From the NCBI GenBank assembly GCA_965198945.1, contig CBDAQI010000013.1:160001-224000 (forward strand): a DNA stretch of 64,000 bases, in the 5' to 3' direction. The notes under the pieces were generated by a model, which worked only from the letters and a program-made list of their open reading frames with translations, was not told where the DNA came from and made no database searches. Position numbers and translations under genes: made by a program. The stretch comes from Thermodesulfobacteriota bacterium (lineage in GTDB: Bacteria > Desulfobacterota_D > UBA1144 > Nemesobacterales > Mycalebacteriaceae). The number at the start of each line of letters is the position of its first letter. Positions within the stretch are counted from its first letter, which is position 1. Positions 18,801 through 29,282 of the stretch are shown here, in pieces.

Positions 18801-21107
18801 CTAAAATGATGCGCCTATTGAGAAGTTTACCTGACTTTTGTCCTCAAAGGGACGTCTGTCAACAGGGTATCCGATTTCAATTTTAATCAAACCCAAAGGA
18901 GAACGCCACCAAAATCCGTAACCAAAATCTTTACGCAAATCACCGGGGTCTACTGAAAACGAGAATCCCTGTTCCGGGTCAAAAACATTTCCTATATCGT
19001 AGAACAAAATTCCGAACAAACCAATGGATTCAATAAGGGGAATCACAAAATCGGCTTTGCCGTATATTCTCTCGGTTCCGCCCAGAGCCGAGTTTGTTCC
19101 TCCAACCGCTATTTCTCTGTATTCATAACCGCGAAGATCGTAGGATCCACCGAGAAAAAGCCTTTCGTCAACGGCATGGGCATTGCTCTGCCCACCCCGC
19201 AGCCAGACCCTGTCATATCCCATTTTCAGGGACAGAAAAGAGCCCTTAAAGACCGGAATCCAAGTATTGGTTTCAAAAGCCAGTTTGCTTAAATCCGTAT
19301 CTCCTCCAAATGGTCCCGTATACTCATAAACAAGAATTGTTCTGTAACCGCTTCTGGGAAAGAGAAAATTATCGCGGCTGTCCCAGCTGATTTCCGCTCC
19401 CACGGCGCTGAGTAGTCCGCTGGAAGAACGAATATTTGCCGCTATTGCGGCGGGTGAAGGGTTTGTTATTTTCAGGTCTTCCCATCTGTAGTAAATACGT
19501 CCCCAGAGTTGACTGTAAAGGCTTCTTCCAACCCCTACGGTGAATCCTATTGAGTCCGTATCGTAATCGGTATAGTCTCTTTCCACCCGTGAGACGGAAG
19601 CATCAAAAGTCCAGTCCGTGTCAAGAAAATTTCCGTCTCTGTATCTGAGCGCATATGTGTCCGTTATGTCACCGAAATTGGCCGTCGCTTCAAGAGAGTT
19701 TCCGTAACCGAAAAGATTTCCTTCCCTGATTGAACCGAAAAATATGAAATCCTCAACGGAACTCACTCCCGCCCCGAGATTGAACTGAGCGGTTGAAGTT
19801 TCCGTTACGGCAACCGTAACATCCAATTCGTTCGGGTTTTCCCTTGACCGTTCGGTTGTAACCTGTATGGAGCCGGAGTCAAAAAATCCGCTTCTTCCCA
19901 CAAGAGGTTTGATCAGGGCCAGGCTGTCAGATTCGTAAATATCCCCTTCAGCAATGGGAATCTGTCTCCTGATAAACTTGTCCACCGTTTTGTCATTGCC
20001 GACAATGGTGATTCTGTTGATGCGGAAAAGCTCTCCTTTTTCAACCCTCAGAGTGACCGCCACTCCTGGTTTACCGCCGGGTATTGACTGCTTGACCACC
20101 ACCGGATCAACGTTTACATCTGCATAGCCTTTGTTTGAATAGATGGAGGTTACAAAGTTTATATCTGATGAAAGCTTGCTGTTACCGTAGGGCTCACCCT
20201 TTTTCAAACTGATTTTGTAAAGAATTTCTTTCTCATTTACTTCGGGCGGAGGCTCTATTCCCTCAAGTGAAATTTCAGATACGAAATACTGCGGCCCCTC
20301 ATCAATTTCAAATGTTATTTCATATGAGTTTGTCGGCTTGTCATATTTGAACTTCGGAGGTGAAACCTTCGCATCAAGGTAGCCTTCATCCAGATAGGCA
20401 TACTTTATGCGTTCGGAGTCTTTTTCAATCTCTTCCCTGATAAACAGTCCTCTTGCACCGAGACTGTAGAACTTACGCGGACTACTGAAAATCCTTTTGG
20501 AAAGGCTCTTGGTTTTTATATTTATATTCCCTTTGATTTTCACCGAAGAGATGGTTTCCCGCTCTCCCTCGTCAACTTTGTATGCAACCCTTATCCGGCC
20601 GTCTTCTTCGGGTTCTATGTTGTAGGAAACCCGGGCGTTGCCGTAACCTTTGACCGCATAGAGTTCGGTGATTTTTTCAGCCTCGGCTTTTATTTCCGCC
20701 GTGCTGACTATCTGGTTTGCCTGAATCTCCAGAGCTTCATTGATTTTTTCATCTTTAAGGTTTTTGTTTCCGCTGAATGACAAATCCACAAGAACCGGAT
20801 TTTCTTTGAGAGTATAAGTCAGTATCACACCTGACCCGGAAACCTCTTTTTCAACGGAAACATCATAAAAGTCGCCCGTTGAGTAGATTTTTTTTATGTC
20901 CTCGGCAATCAAAGATTCATCATATATTTCCCCGGCTTTTTGAGAAATAAGGAGCTCCACCGAATCGGTTCCGATTCTTCTGTTGCCCTCAATTCTGATT
21001 TCCGAAACCTGAACGCTCTGGGCATAAGAAAACGAATTCCCCGCTATGAAAAAAGCAATGGAAAGAAAGAGAAAAAACAGTTTTTTCCACGAATCCGGGC
21101 TACGCAT
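18801..21107 (-). CDS. bamA: Outer-membrane protein assembly factor BamA
   Basis: POTRA repeats (IRIEGNRR, FSGNK, IVGNDKT), LRGY motif, SPLGLI, C-terminal F. Confidence 0.95.
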   Translation of the reverse strand: MRSPDSWKKLFFLFLSIAFFIAGNSFSYAQSVQVSEIRIEGNRRIGTDSVELLISQKAGEIYDESLIAEDIKKIYSTGDFYDVSVEKEVSGSGVILTYTLKENPVLVDLSFSGNKNLKDEKINEALEIQANQIVSTAEIKAEAEKITELYAVKGYGNARVSYNIEPEEDGRIRVAYKVDEGERETISSVKIKGNINIKTKSLSKRIFSSPRKFYSLGARGLFIREEIEKDSERIKYAYLDEGYLDAKVSPPKFKYDKPTNSYEITFEIDEGPQYFVSEISLEGIEPPPEVNEKEILYKISLKKGEPYGNSKLSSDINFVTSIYSNKGYADVNVDPVVVKQSIPGGKPGVAVTLRVEKGELFRINRITIVGNDKTVDKFIRRQIPIAEGDIYESDSLALIKPLVGRSGFFDSGSIQVTTERSRENPNELDVTVAVTETSTAQFNLGAGVSSVEDFIFFGSIREGNLFGYGNSLEATANFGDITDTYALRYRDGNFLDTDWTFDASVSRVERDYTDYDTDSIGFTVGVGRSLYSQLWGRIYYRWEDLKITNPSPAAIAANIRSSSGLLSAVGAEISWDSRDNFLFPRSGYRTILVYEYTGPFGGDTDLSKLAFETNTWIPVFKGSFLSLKMGYDRVWLRGGQSNAHAVDERLFLGGSYDLRGYEYREIAVGGTNSALGGTERIYGKADFVIPLIESIGLFGILFYDIGNVFDPEQGFSFSVDPGDLRKDFGYGFWWRSPLGLIKIEIGYPVDRRPFEDKSQVNFSIGASF

Positions 21108-21768
21108 CTACAATTCTCCCGTCAGAAATAAAAAGAGATCTGTCAAATCTTTCAGACAAAGCTCTGCTGTGAGTCGCCACAACAAGTGCGGTGTTGAATT
21201 TGTCTCTGGCTGAAAACATTACATCGGCCACAAGATTTGAAGTGTTGGGGTCAAGATTGCCGGTCGGTTCATCGGCAAGGACTATATCAGGCTCCATAAC
21301 AAGAGCACGCGCTATGGAGACTCTCTGTTGCTGGCCTTCAGAAAGTTCGTCCGGAAAACTGCTAAATTTGTCTTCAAGACCCACACTGCACAGAAGATTC
21401 TCAGCCCTGGCACGGGATTGGGATTTGCTGATTCCGCAAATTAAACAAGGCAGAGTTACGTTTTCAAAAGCGGTAAAGCCGCTGAGCAAATTATGGGACT
21501 GAAAAACAAACCCCATTCTGCGCCTCATTCCAATGTCTCCCCCGGAAAAAAGGCATTTTTTGCCTTTGAAGAAAACTTCTCCCCGTGTCGGAGACTCTAT
21601 AACACCCAGCATGTTGAGCAGAGTTGTTTTCCCCGAACCGGACTTGCCGCTTATTGAAACGCTTTCCCCCGCATTTATGACGAGGCTGACACCGCCAATA
21701 ACCTTAAGAGTTTGGCCGCCCTGAATATACTCTTTGTCCAGATTTCTCACTTCAATTAGTGGTTTCAT
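21100..21768 (-). CDS. lolD: Lipoprotein-releasing ABC ATPase LolD
   Basis: GKSGSGKTT, GFVFQ, LADEPTGNLD; signature reads LSEGQ; ATG overlaps the lolC/E stop. Confidence 0.88.
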   Translation of the reverse strand: MKPLIEVRNLDKEYIQGGQTLKVIGGVSLVINAGESVSISGKSGSGKTTLLNMLGVIESPTRGEVFFKGKKCLFSGGDIGMRRRMGFVFQSHNLLSGFTAFENVTLPCLICGISKSQSRARAENLLCSVGLEDKFSSFPDELSEGQQQRVSIARALVMEPDIVLADEPTGNLDPNTSNLVADVMFSARDKFNTALVVATHSRALSERFDRSLFISDGRIVDA

Positions 21769-23006
21769 TGGGCTTTTAGCTTTGCCGCAAGATTGCCTCC
21801 GCGCAAGCAGTAAGCCGGATACAAAGAGGCAAAGAAACAAAATAACTGACCGGATGCTGCGACGACAAGGAAATATAAAGGCTCTATAATAACAGGGAAT
21901 TTTGATATTCCATAAACCTCCGGATCAAAAGGTATCAGTGACGCTACGGTTTCATTGTTGGCAAGCAGCCAGCACACAGTGAAGGCGGCCGCCGTTCCAA
22001 AAACGATTCCCGCAAATCCGAGAAGAGAACCGACAATAAGAAATATGTTTCCAATCTGTTTTCTTGAGGCTCCGGCGACACGCAGAATCGCTATATCCCT
22101 GCTCTTTTCAATCATCATCAACAACAAAACACTCATAACGCTCAGCGAAGCCATCAAAACTATAAACCCAAGCAAAACGGTCAGACCGAGCTTCTCCAGC
22201 CTGAGCGCTGAAAACAGTTTGCTGTTGGCTTCCTGCCAGCTTTTTGCGACAAACGGGAACCCCAGGGCATCTTCCAGTTTCTGCGCGCTCAGTTCGGATT
22301 GAAAGGGCTCTTCAATCATTACTTCAAAAGAAGACGGACTTTTATTTCCGAAAAATTCAAGCGCGTTGTAGAGATTCATATATGAAAATGTTGAATCGTA
22401 GTGCGCCATCCCGTATTTAAATATCCCGGCAACCTCGAAAGACCCGTTTCTGGGCCTTTTTTTCAGGGCTTTCTCTTTATCAGGAAAGAGAAATGTGACG
22501 CTGTCGCCTTTTTCAACACCAAGCGCATCGGCAAGCGCGTATCCCAGAACTATGGGCGGAAGTCCTGAAGAAGTCCGCTCTGAAAGAACTGAAAAAACAT
22601 CGGTCTTTCTTTCCGGTCTTTCACTCACAAACGGAAAATCTTTCATATAGACATCCGGGTCTATTCCCGTTGCGGTGGTTCCCTGAGATCCGTAGCCGGA
22701 GACAATCAGCCCCGTACCGTAGACCACGGGAAAAACACGCTCCACACCGGGAATCAGTTTGATTTGTTTTTCAACCTCGGAATGGTTTTCAATGTCTCCT
22801 TCGTAACTTGAAACAAGAACATGCGCTGAAGCGCTGAGAATTGATTTGCCAAGTTCCGTTTGAAACCCGCTCATAACTGCGAGAACAACATTAAGAGAGA
22901 ACACACCGACCCCTATTCCAAGAACCGAAATCAGCGCCGTTGAAAATATCGCCCGAACCTTTCTTTGCGAAAGCAGATATCTGAACGCGACAAAAAGCTC
23001 AAACAT
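21765..23006 (-). CDS. Lipoprotein-releasing permease LolC/E
   Basis: FVAFRYL, VLAVMSGFQ, EKSRDIAILR..GAS, ASLYPA; lysS-lolCE-lolD-bamA context. Confidence 0.9.
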   Translation of the reverse strand: MFELFVAFRYLLSQRKVRAIFSTALISVLGIGVGVFSLNVVLAVMSGFQTELGKSILSASAHVLVSSYEGDIENHSEVEKQIKLIPGVERVFPVVYGTGLIVSGYGSQGTTATGIDPDVYMKDFPFVSERPERKTDVFSVLSERTSSGLPPIVLGYALADALGVEKGDSVTFLFPDKEKALKKRPRNGSFEVAGIFKYGMAHYDSTFSYMNLYNALEFFGNKSPSSFEVMIEEPFQSELSAQKLEDALGFPFVAKSWQEANSKLFSALRLEKLGLTVLLGFIVLMASLSVMSVLLLMMIEKSRDIAILRVAGASRKQIGNIFLIVGSLLGFAGIVFGTAAAFTVCWLLANNETVASLIPFDPEVYGISKFPVIIEPLYFLVVAASGQLFCFFASLYPAYCLRGGNLAAKLKAQ

Positions 23007-24494
23007 TTAAGGTCTCATATGTGGGAAAAACAACACTTCCCTTATTGAAGTGGTACCGGCAAGCAGCATAACGAGGCGGTCTATGCCTATTCCGGCGCCG
23101 GCCGTCGGAGGCATTCCGTGTTCAAGAGCGACGAGAAAGTCTTCGTCAGTCTCATGAAATTCATCGTCGTTATTACTTTTCATCTCCGCCTGGGCATCAA
23201 ATCTTTTTTTCTGTTCCCGGGGGTCGTTAAGCTCTGAAAAAGCGTTGGCTATCTCACAGCCGTTTATATACAGCTCAAACCTGTCCGCTATCTCGGGATT
23301 TGTATCCGAAGCCCGCGCAAGTGGGGAAACATCAAGCGGAAAGCCGAATACAAATGTGGGGTTTTTCAGTTTTGAAGCAAACACTTCCTCGAAAATTCCA
23401 GCAATGGCCTTTCCTCTGATATTGCCATGACTGACGCCGAGCGCATCGGCCTGCTTAAACAAAAAAGAGCTGTCGGAAAATAATTTTTCTCCGTATTTCT
23501 CTTTCAAAGACCCGTAAATACTCATTCTTTTCCAGGGAACGGTAAAATCCAGTTCGTTTCCGTCAAATTCATACTTTGCCGTTCCCCCGATTTTTAATGC
23601 CAGAGAAGACAGCATTTTCTCTATCAGTTCCATCATGTCTTCGTAGTCCGCATATCCCTGATAAAACTCAATCATGGTAAATTCGGGGTTGTGGCGGGTG
23701 GAAACCCCCTCGTTTCTGAAAACCCTGCCTATTTCATAAATTTTTTCAAAACCGCCGATGACAAGCCTTTTCAAATAAAGCTCAGGCGCTATTCTGAGAA
23801 AAAGTTCCATATCAAGAGCGTTATGGTGAGTTATAAAAGGACGAGCCGCCGCGCCGCCCGCAACTCCGTGAAGCACAGGAGTTTCAACTTCAAGAAAACC
23901 TCTCGTGTCAAGAAAATTTCTTATAAAGCTTATGCACTCGGAGCGAAGACGGAAAATTTTTCTGACATCGGGATTCACAATCAGGTCCAGATAGCGTTTC
24001 CTGAACCTTGTTTCCACCTGTTGGAGACCGTGCCATTTTTCCGGAAGCGGGCGCAATGTTTTTGTGAGCATCACAATTTTTTGCGCCTTGACGGTCAGTT
24101 CTCCGGTTTTTGTTCTGAAAAGAGTTCCCTCAACTCCGGCAAAATCACCGGAATCCAGATATGTGCCGACAATTTCAAAACTGTCTTCGGAAGTCTCTTT
24201 CCTGTTCACATAACACTGAATCTTTCCCGAAGAGTCGGCTATGTCAAAAAATGCGGCTCTACCGAAATTTCTTTTGGACAGCACCCTGCCTACGACTGAA
24301 AAACGAGGAAGTGATTCAATCTCATCGGCGGTTTTTTCTTCCGACTGCAACCGGACTCGGGCTATGGAAACCGACGGTTTGAAACTGTTTGAATACGGGT
24401 TTATGCCGCGTTTGCCGAGCTGCGAAGCTTTATCTTTTCTGAGAATATATTCGTCGTTTTCGTTTTTACCGGCATTGGATTGTCCACTGCTCAT
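23007..24494 (-). CDS. lysS: Lysine--tRNA ligase (class II)
   Basis: PLPEKWHGL, RIAPELYLKRL, FRNEG..HNPEFT, GIGIDRL. Confidence 0.98.
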   Translation of the reverse strand: MSSGQSNAGKNENDEYILRKDKASQLGKRGINPYSNSFKPSVSIARVRLQSEEKTADEIESLPRFSVVGRVLSKRNFGRAAFFDIADSSGKIQCYVNRKETSEDSFEIVGTYLDSGDFAGVEGTLFRTKTGELTVKAQKIVMLTKTLRPLPEKWHGLQQVETRFRKRYLDLIVNPDVRKIFRLRSECISFIRNFLDTRGFLEVETPVLHGVAGGAAARPFITHHNALDMELFLRIAPELYLKRLVIGGFEKIYEIGRVFRNEGVSTRHNPEFTMIEFYQGYADYEDMMELIEKMLSSLALKIGGTAKYEFDGNELDFTVPWKRMSIYGSLKEKYGEKLFSDSSFLFKQADALGVSHGNIRGKAIAGIFEEVFASKLKNPTFVFGFPLDVSPLARASDTNPEIADRFELYINGCEIANAFSELNDPREQKKRFDAQAEMKSNNDDEFHETDEDFLVALEHGMPPTAGAGIGIDRLVMLLAGTTSIREVLFFPHMRP

Positions 24495-24538
24495 ATTTAT
24501 CTCCCGGAACTAATCAAGAACAAGAGCAAGAATATACT

Positions 24539-25738
24539 TCATAAAACGCCCTTAACAAGACCGAATCCACCGAAGCGGCGGACAAACAGAAAAGCAAAAA
24601 ATCCCGAAAGCGCAACTATGGAAAGAACCAGATACATGCTGAAATATCCCACGGAGTGAGCCAGAGCGCCGGAGAGAAAAGTCCCCAACATCCCGCCGCT
24701 TGTAAAAGATGCGCTGCAAAGCGCAAACACCTTTGCTTTTGAGCGGTTTTCTGATTCCTCCATCGCAAGCAGATACAAAGAGGGATAGGTTAATCCGTGC
24801 GATATTCCGAAAAGAAATCCGGCCAGAGAAACAAGAGATACGGTTTGGGAGAAGGCCAGAATCACAACGGATACAAATGACAGAAAAAGAAAAGGCGGGC
24901 AGATTGAGTAAATTCCGTATTTGTCCGGAACCCACCCCAGAAAAATCCTGACAAACAGAACCGCCACGGTGAAAAAGACAAAAAACAGATAAAAGTTTTC
25001 TATGCCGGCCAGATGAGAAGAAAGCGAAACAAATGAAAACTGAGACAGGAAGACCCAGCCGGAAATAAAAAGCACACTCACGGCGAGCACAAGAGGTCTT
25101 GAAAAAGGCACTGAAAGACCGAAACCCCGACTTTTCTCGCCGCATTTTAATTCCCCGGGCTCTTTTTTCTCTCTGACAAACAAAGACACAAAAATCCCCG
25201 CAAAAGACATTGCTGATACAAAAACAAAAAGAGAAGAAAATCCCCCGTAGTCAACAACCATTTTCCCGATATACGGCGCGACCGCGTATCCGACAATGGT
25301 GAACATTCCGTATATTCCCATTGCCTGAACGCGCTGTCCCTCGGGGGTTATCTCAGTTACAATCGCCCCCGCGGATGTAAAAAAGAATGAAAAAGCGGCC
25401 CCGTGCAGAATTCTGAGCGCATAGATTTTCCAACTCATCGTTTGAAGAAAAATAAATCCCGCGCAGGAAACAAAAAGAATTAAAAATCCCAGAGAAACAA
25501 ATATTTTCCGGCCGTATCTGTCTGCGAGAAATCCCGACAGCGGAGTAAAAAAAAGCATGCTCGCGCCGGAAATACCCATTATAAAACCTATTTCCGAAGG
25601 GTTGCCGCCAAGATTTTCTATTTGCAGAGGAAGAAGTAGAAATGAATGAAAAACAAAGAAAAAAAGCGCCGCGGCAAAAGTCAGAATAATAAAGTCAAAT
25701 GTAAGAAAAAAAGACCTGATCGGGCTTGAAAAGCTCAT
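24539..25738 (-). CDS. MFS transporter
   Basis: About 12 hydrophobic segments; motif A GFLADRYGRK and GWVPDKYG. Confidence 0.9.
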   Translation of the reverse strand: MSFSSPIRSFFLTFDFIILTFAAALFFFVFHSFLLLPLQIENLGGNPSEIGFIMGISGASMLFFTPLSGFLADRYGRKIFVSLGFLILFVSCAGFIFLQTMSWKIYALRILHGAAFSFFFTSAGAIVTEITPEGQRVQAMGIYGMFTIVGYAVAPYIGKMVVDYGGFSSLFVFVSAMSFAGIFVSLFVREKKEPGELKCGEKSRGFGLSVPFSRPLVLAVSVLFISGWVFLSQFSFVSLSSHLAGIENFYLFFVFFTVAVLFVRIFLGWVPDKYGIYSICPPFLFLSFVSVVILAFSQTVSLVSLAGFLFGISHGLTYPSLYLLAMEESENRSKAKVFALCSASFTSGGMLGTFLSGALAHSVGYFSMYLVLSIVALSGFFAFLFVRRFGGFGLVKGVL

Positions 25739-27027
25739 CTGCTTTCCGTTTGCGGCCTTGAAAACCTTATCCGCCCAGCAACAATGGTGTGTTTAACGGC
25801 GCCTTTGACCGTCCGACCTGCAAACGGGGAATTTCTGCTTTTTGAACGGAAAAAACCGGGGTCCACAGTGTATTCTTCGTTCGGGTCAAAGATAACAATG
25901 TCGGCGGCGGCTCCGGTTTGAAGGGTTCCCCCTCCGGTTTTCAGTATTGAAGCCGGAACCGTTGACAGTTTTGACACCATCTCATCAAGCGTCAGAACTT
26001 TTTCGTCAACAAGGCGCAGGGAAAGCGGCAGAGCCGTTTCAAGGCCCACCATTCCAAAGGGCGCTTTGTCAAACTCAACATTTTTTTCATCCGGTGAATG
26101 AGGGGCATGATCGGTCGCTATGGCATCTATTGTTCCGTCTGCAAGGCCTTCCTTAACCGCTTCAATATCTTTTTCGGAACGAAGCGGAGGATTCACTTTC
26201 GCGTTTGTGTTATAACCCTCAACCTCTTTGTCTGAAATCGTAAAGTGGTGGGGTGTCGCTTCCGCGGTTACCTTTATGCCTTTGCTCTTTGCCTCTCTTA
26301 TGGCTGAAACCGAACCGGCGGTGGAAACATGAGCTATGTGCAGAGGCGTGCCGGTCAGTCTGCATAAAATAACATCTCTTGTTATGCATATCTCCTCTGA
26401 CTCCGAGGGAATGCCTTTAAGTCCCATCATGTTTGAAATGTGTCCTTCATTCATAACGCCGCCGTCTGAAAGAGAAAGATCTTCACTGTGTGAAATCACC
26501 GGTATGCCGAACGGTTTTACATATTCCATGGCGCGCCTCATCATTCCTGAGTCCGTCACCGGCATTCCGTCATCTGAAATTGCCACACAGCCGGACTCAC
26601 ACATCTCACCGATGTTTGCCATTGACTTGCCCTCTTCATTTTTTGTAATGGCGCCTATGGGAAAAACTCTCGCGGCGCCCCCGGTCCGGGCTTTCATCAG
26701 TATATATTCGGTAACCGCGGCATTGTCATTTACGGGATTTGTATTGGGCATGCATGCAACCGCCGTAAAACCCCCGGCGACCGCGCTTTTTGTCCCGGTT
26801 TCTATGGTTTCCTTATTCTCAAATCCTGGCTCACGCAGATGGACATGCATGTCAACAAAACCGGGAGCCACAATCATCCCGCGCGCATCTATCACTTTTA
26901 CCCCCGGAATTTTTTCAGCGCCCGGCGGAGTTTTTTTTATTACTCCTTTCTCAACAAATAAAGCGCCCTTGGCATTCCTGCCCGCCGAAGGGTCAATAAT
27001 CACTCCGCCTTTGATAAGAATTTTCAT
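25735..27027 (-). CDS. pyrC: Dihydroorotase (type I)
   Basis: PGFVDMHVHLREPG, MPNT, KVNPPLR, ATDHAPH. Confidence 0.96.
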   Translation of the reverse strand: MKILIKGGVIIDPSAGRNAKGALFVEKGVIKKTPPGAEKIPGVKVIDARGMIVAPGFVDMHVHLREPGFENKETIETGTKSAVAGGFTAVACMPNTNPVNDNAAVTEYILMKARTGGAARVFPIGAITKNEEGKSMANIGEMCESGCVAISDDGMPVTDSGMMRRAMEYVKPFGIPVISHSEDLSLSDGGVMNEGHISNMMGLKGIPSESEEICITRDVILCRLTGTPLHIAHVSTAGSVSAIREAKSKGIKVTAEATPHHFTISDKEVEGYNTNAKVNPPLRSEKDIEAVKEGLADGTIDAIATDHAPHSPDEKNVEFDKAPFGMVGLETALPLSLRLVDEKVLTLDEMVSKLSTVPASILKTGGGTLQTGAAADIVIFDPNEEYTVDPGFFRSKSRNSPFAGRTVKGAVKHTIVAGRIRFSRPQTESR

Positions 27028-27962
27028 TGTTGCCGACCGCCTTTTCCTGAACAGAGAAGATAAAGTATCGCCATTCTGACAGAAACTCCGTTTGCCACCT
27101 GATCAAGCACCGCAGACCCCTTTCCGTAGGCGACTCCCGATGTCATTTCAACCCCCCTGTTGAGAGGGCCCGGATGCATGACCGTAAGCCCCGGAGGCGC
27201 AAGTTTCACCCGTTCTCCGGTGAGACCGAAAAAATTAAAATATTCTCTCAATGAAGGGAAATAACGGTTGCTGTCTCTTTCCGTTTGAACCCTTAGCATT
27301 ATAACCACATCCGTGCCCGGCAGCGCGTCTTCAATTGAGTTATAAATGTCAACCCCCAGATTAGAAAAACCGGCGGGCGCCATGGAACCCGGCCCGGCAA
27401 TTGCAACGGAAGCCCCCATTTTCAAAAAAGCATATATGTCCGATCTTGCCACTCTGCTGTTGAGGATGTCGCCGACTATCAAAATCCTGAGTCCTTGGAT
27501 GCGTCCCCTGGCCTGTTTGACGGTCATAAGGTCTACAAGGGCCTGGCTCGGATGTTCATTTGAGCCGTCTCCGGCATTAATTATTGACACGCCCGTCTGC
27601 CGTGCGAGAAAATCCGGAGCGCCTGACATCGGGTGTCTTATTATTATCGCTTCCGCTCCGAGAGCTTCAAGAGTTTTTGCCGTGTCAAGAAGATTCTCAC
27701 CTTTTACAACGCTGCTTTGAGAAACGGTAAAATTGAGAACATCGGAACTCAGACGTTTTTCGGCGATTTCAAAAGACGCCTTTGTTCTGGTGCTGGGTTC
27801 AAAAAACAGATTTGCTATCGTAATTCCCTTGAGAGCCGGAACTTTTTTGATTTTTCTTTGAGTCGCCTCCTTCATTGAAGAAGCCGTTTGCAGGATCAGG
27901 TCTATCTCTTCTGCGAAAAGATCAGAAATTCCCGTTAAATCTTTTCTTTGAAGCCCGTTCAT
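27024..27962 (-). CDS. pyrB: Aspartate carbamoyltransferase catalytic subunit
   Basis: FFEPSTRT, NAGDG..EHPSQAL, LRVQ.ER, MHPGP. Confidence 0.97.
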   Translation of the reverse strand: MNGLQRKDLTGISDLFAEEIDLILQTASSMKEATQRKIKKVPALKGITIANLFFEPSTRTKASFEIAEKRLSSDVLNFTVSQSSVVKGENLLDTAKTLEALGAEAIIIRHPMSGAPDFLARQTGVSIINAGDGSNEHPSQALVDLMTVKQARGRIQGLRILIVGDILNSRVARSDIYAFLKMGASVAIAGPGSMAPAGFSNLGVDIYNSIEDALPGTDVVIMLRVQTERDSNRYFPSLREYFNFFGLTGERVKLAPPGLTVMHPGPLNRGVEMTSGVAYGKGSAVLDQVANGVSVRMAILYLLCSGKGGRQQ

Positions 27963-28519
27963 GTTCCGGTGATGAAAACCCCCTGCTTTTCTGCGTTTTG
28001 ATTGTCAAGGGAAACGACAATTTTTTGATTTTGATCCGCGCTGACCTTAACCGCGCAATAGTCCGGCTGTATTGGAAACTCTCTGCCTCTCCTGTCGGCT
28101 ACAACCGCAAGTTTGATGCTGTCAGGCCTGCCGTAGTCAGTTAAAGATTCCATCGCCGCACGCACGGTTCTGCCGGTGGATATAACATCATCCACCAAAA
28201 GCACATCAAGACCGTCAACACTGAAGGGCATTTCAGTTTCCCCCGCTTTCGGAAGTTTGTTCGCACTCCAGATATCGTCTCTGTAAAGAGTTATGTCAAG
28301 AACCCCGACAGGAAAAGAGCATTTTTTTCTTTCGGACAAAAAAGCCGCCACGCGCTGCGCAATCACCTCGCCCATTGTTTTTATACCCACGATGCAAATT
28401 CCCTTTTCTCTGCCCGGATCAATAGCGTTTTCAACTCCGCGCGCAATCCGCATTATGGAATCATCCAGAGCGTTTGCGTCCATAACCGTTTTCAAAACCT
28501 TTCCGCCACGCACAAACAT
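27959..28519 (-). CDS. pyrR: PyrR-family uracil phosphoribosyltransferase/regulator
   Basis: LDITLYRDD, LVDDVISTGRTVRAA, REFPIQPDY. Confidence 0.93.
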   Translation of the reverse strand: MFVRGGKVLKTVMDANALDDSIMRIARGVENAIDPGREKGICIVGIKTMGEVIAQRVAAFLSERKKCSFPVGVLDITLYRDDIWSANKLPKAGETEMPFSVDGLDVLLVDDVISTGRTVRAAMESLTDYGRPDSIKLAVVADRRGREFPIQPDYCAVKVSADQNQKIVVSLDNQNAEKQGVFITGT

Positions 28520-29232
28520 TATTCAACCTGCGAAAAAATCCTTTTCCACCTTATTTGAGGGATTAGAGAATTTTTAAAATTCCATGACCAGTGTATGAGA
28601 ACGGCCTTTCCCACAACATCTTTATAGGGAATTGCGCCCCATGAACGGCTGTCCTGACTGTTGTCACGGTTGTCTCCCATGAGAAAAACATGCCCCTCGG
28701 GCACTACAAAACGCGAGGCGCGTCCCTTGTATGTTGAATAGAGTCCGCGCTGATAAACCACGTTTACTTTCCTGTCTCCAAAATTTTGAACATATGTGTC
28801 AAACCCGCTTTTTTCATTGGGGCCGGCATATGACTGCTCAATTTCAAAACCGTTTACAAAAACCGATCTTCCCCTTATTTGAACAACATCATTTCCCGTT
28901 GCCACAACTCGTTTTATAAAATAAGTCTTCTTGTTTTTGCCGTAGCTGACGGGTTTTTTGAAAACCACGACATCACCCTTTTCAATGGGACCGCCCTTGA
29001 AAATTTTCCGGTCGAAAAAAGGGAATCTGATTCCGTAGGCGAACTTCTCAACAATTATATAGTCTCCGACCAGAAGCGTGGGCACCATTGACGAAGAGGG
29101 GATTTTGAAGGGCTGTACTATGAAAGCCCTCACAAAAAGCGCAAGAAAAAGCGCAAGAAGCACTGATTCTATATTTTGTCTGATGAACGATTTGGAGGCG
29201 TTTCCGCCTCTGCCTGAAAAAAAGCCAAACAT
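28519..29232 (-). CDS. lepB: Signal peptidase I
   Basis: IPSSSMVPTL, FIKRV, MGDNRDNSQDSR. Confidence 0.96.
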   Translation of the reverse strand: MFGFFSGRGGNASKSFIRQNIESVLLALFLALFVRAFIVQPFKIPSSSMVPTLLVGDYIIVEKFAYGIRFPFFDRKIFKGGPIEKGDVVVFKKPVSYGKNKKTYFIKRVVATGNDVVQIRGRSVFVNGFEIEQSYAGPNEKSGFDTYVQNFGDRKVNVVYQRGLYSTYKGRASRFVVPEGHVFLMGDNRDNSQDSRSWGAIPYKDVVGKAVLIHWSWNFKNSLIPQIRWKRIFSQVE

Positions 29233-29282
29233 TGAATAAAACGCTTTATAAATCCGGGTTCATTATAGACACGGAGGAAAAA

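Noticed and set aside
21320..21350. LolD ABC signature LSEGQ as evidence of a dead ATPase
   Set aside because: Single substitution with Walker A, Walker B and H-loop intact; insufficient evidence.
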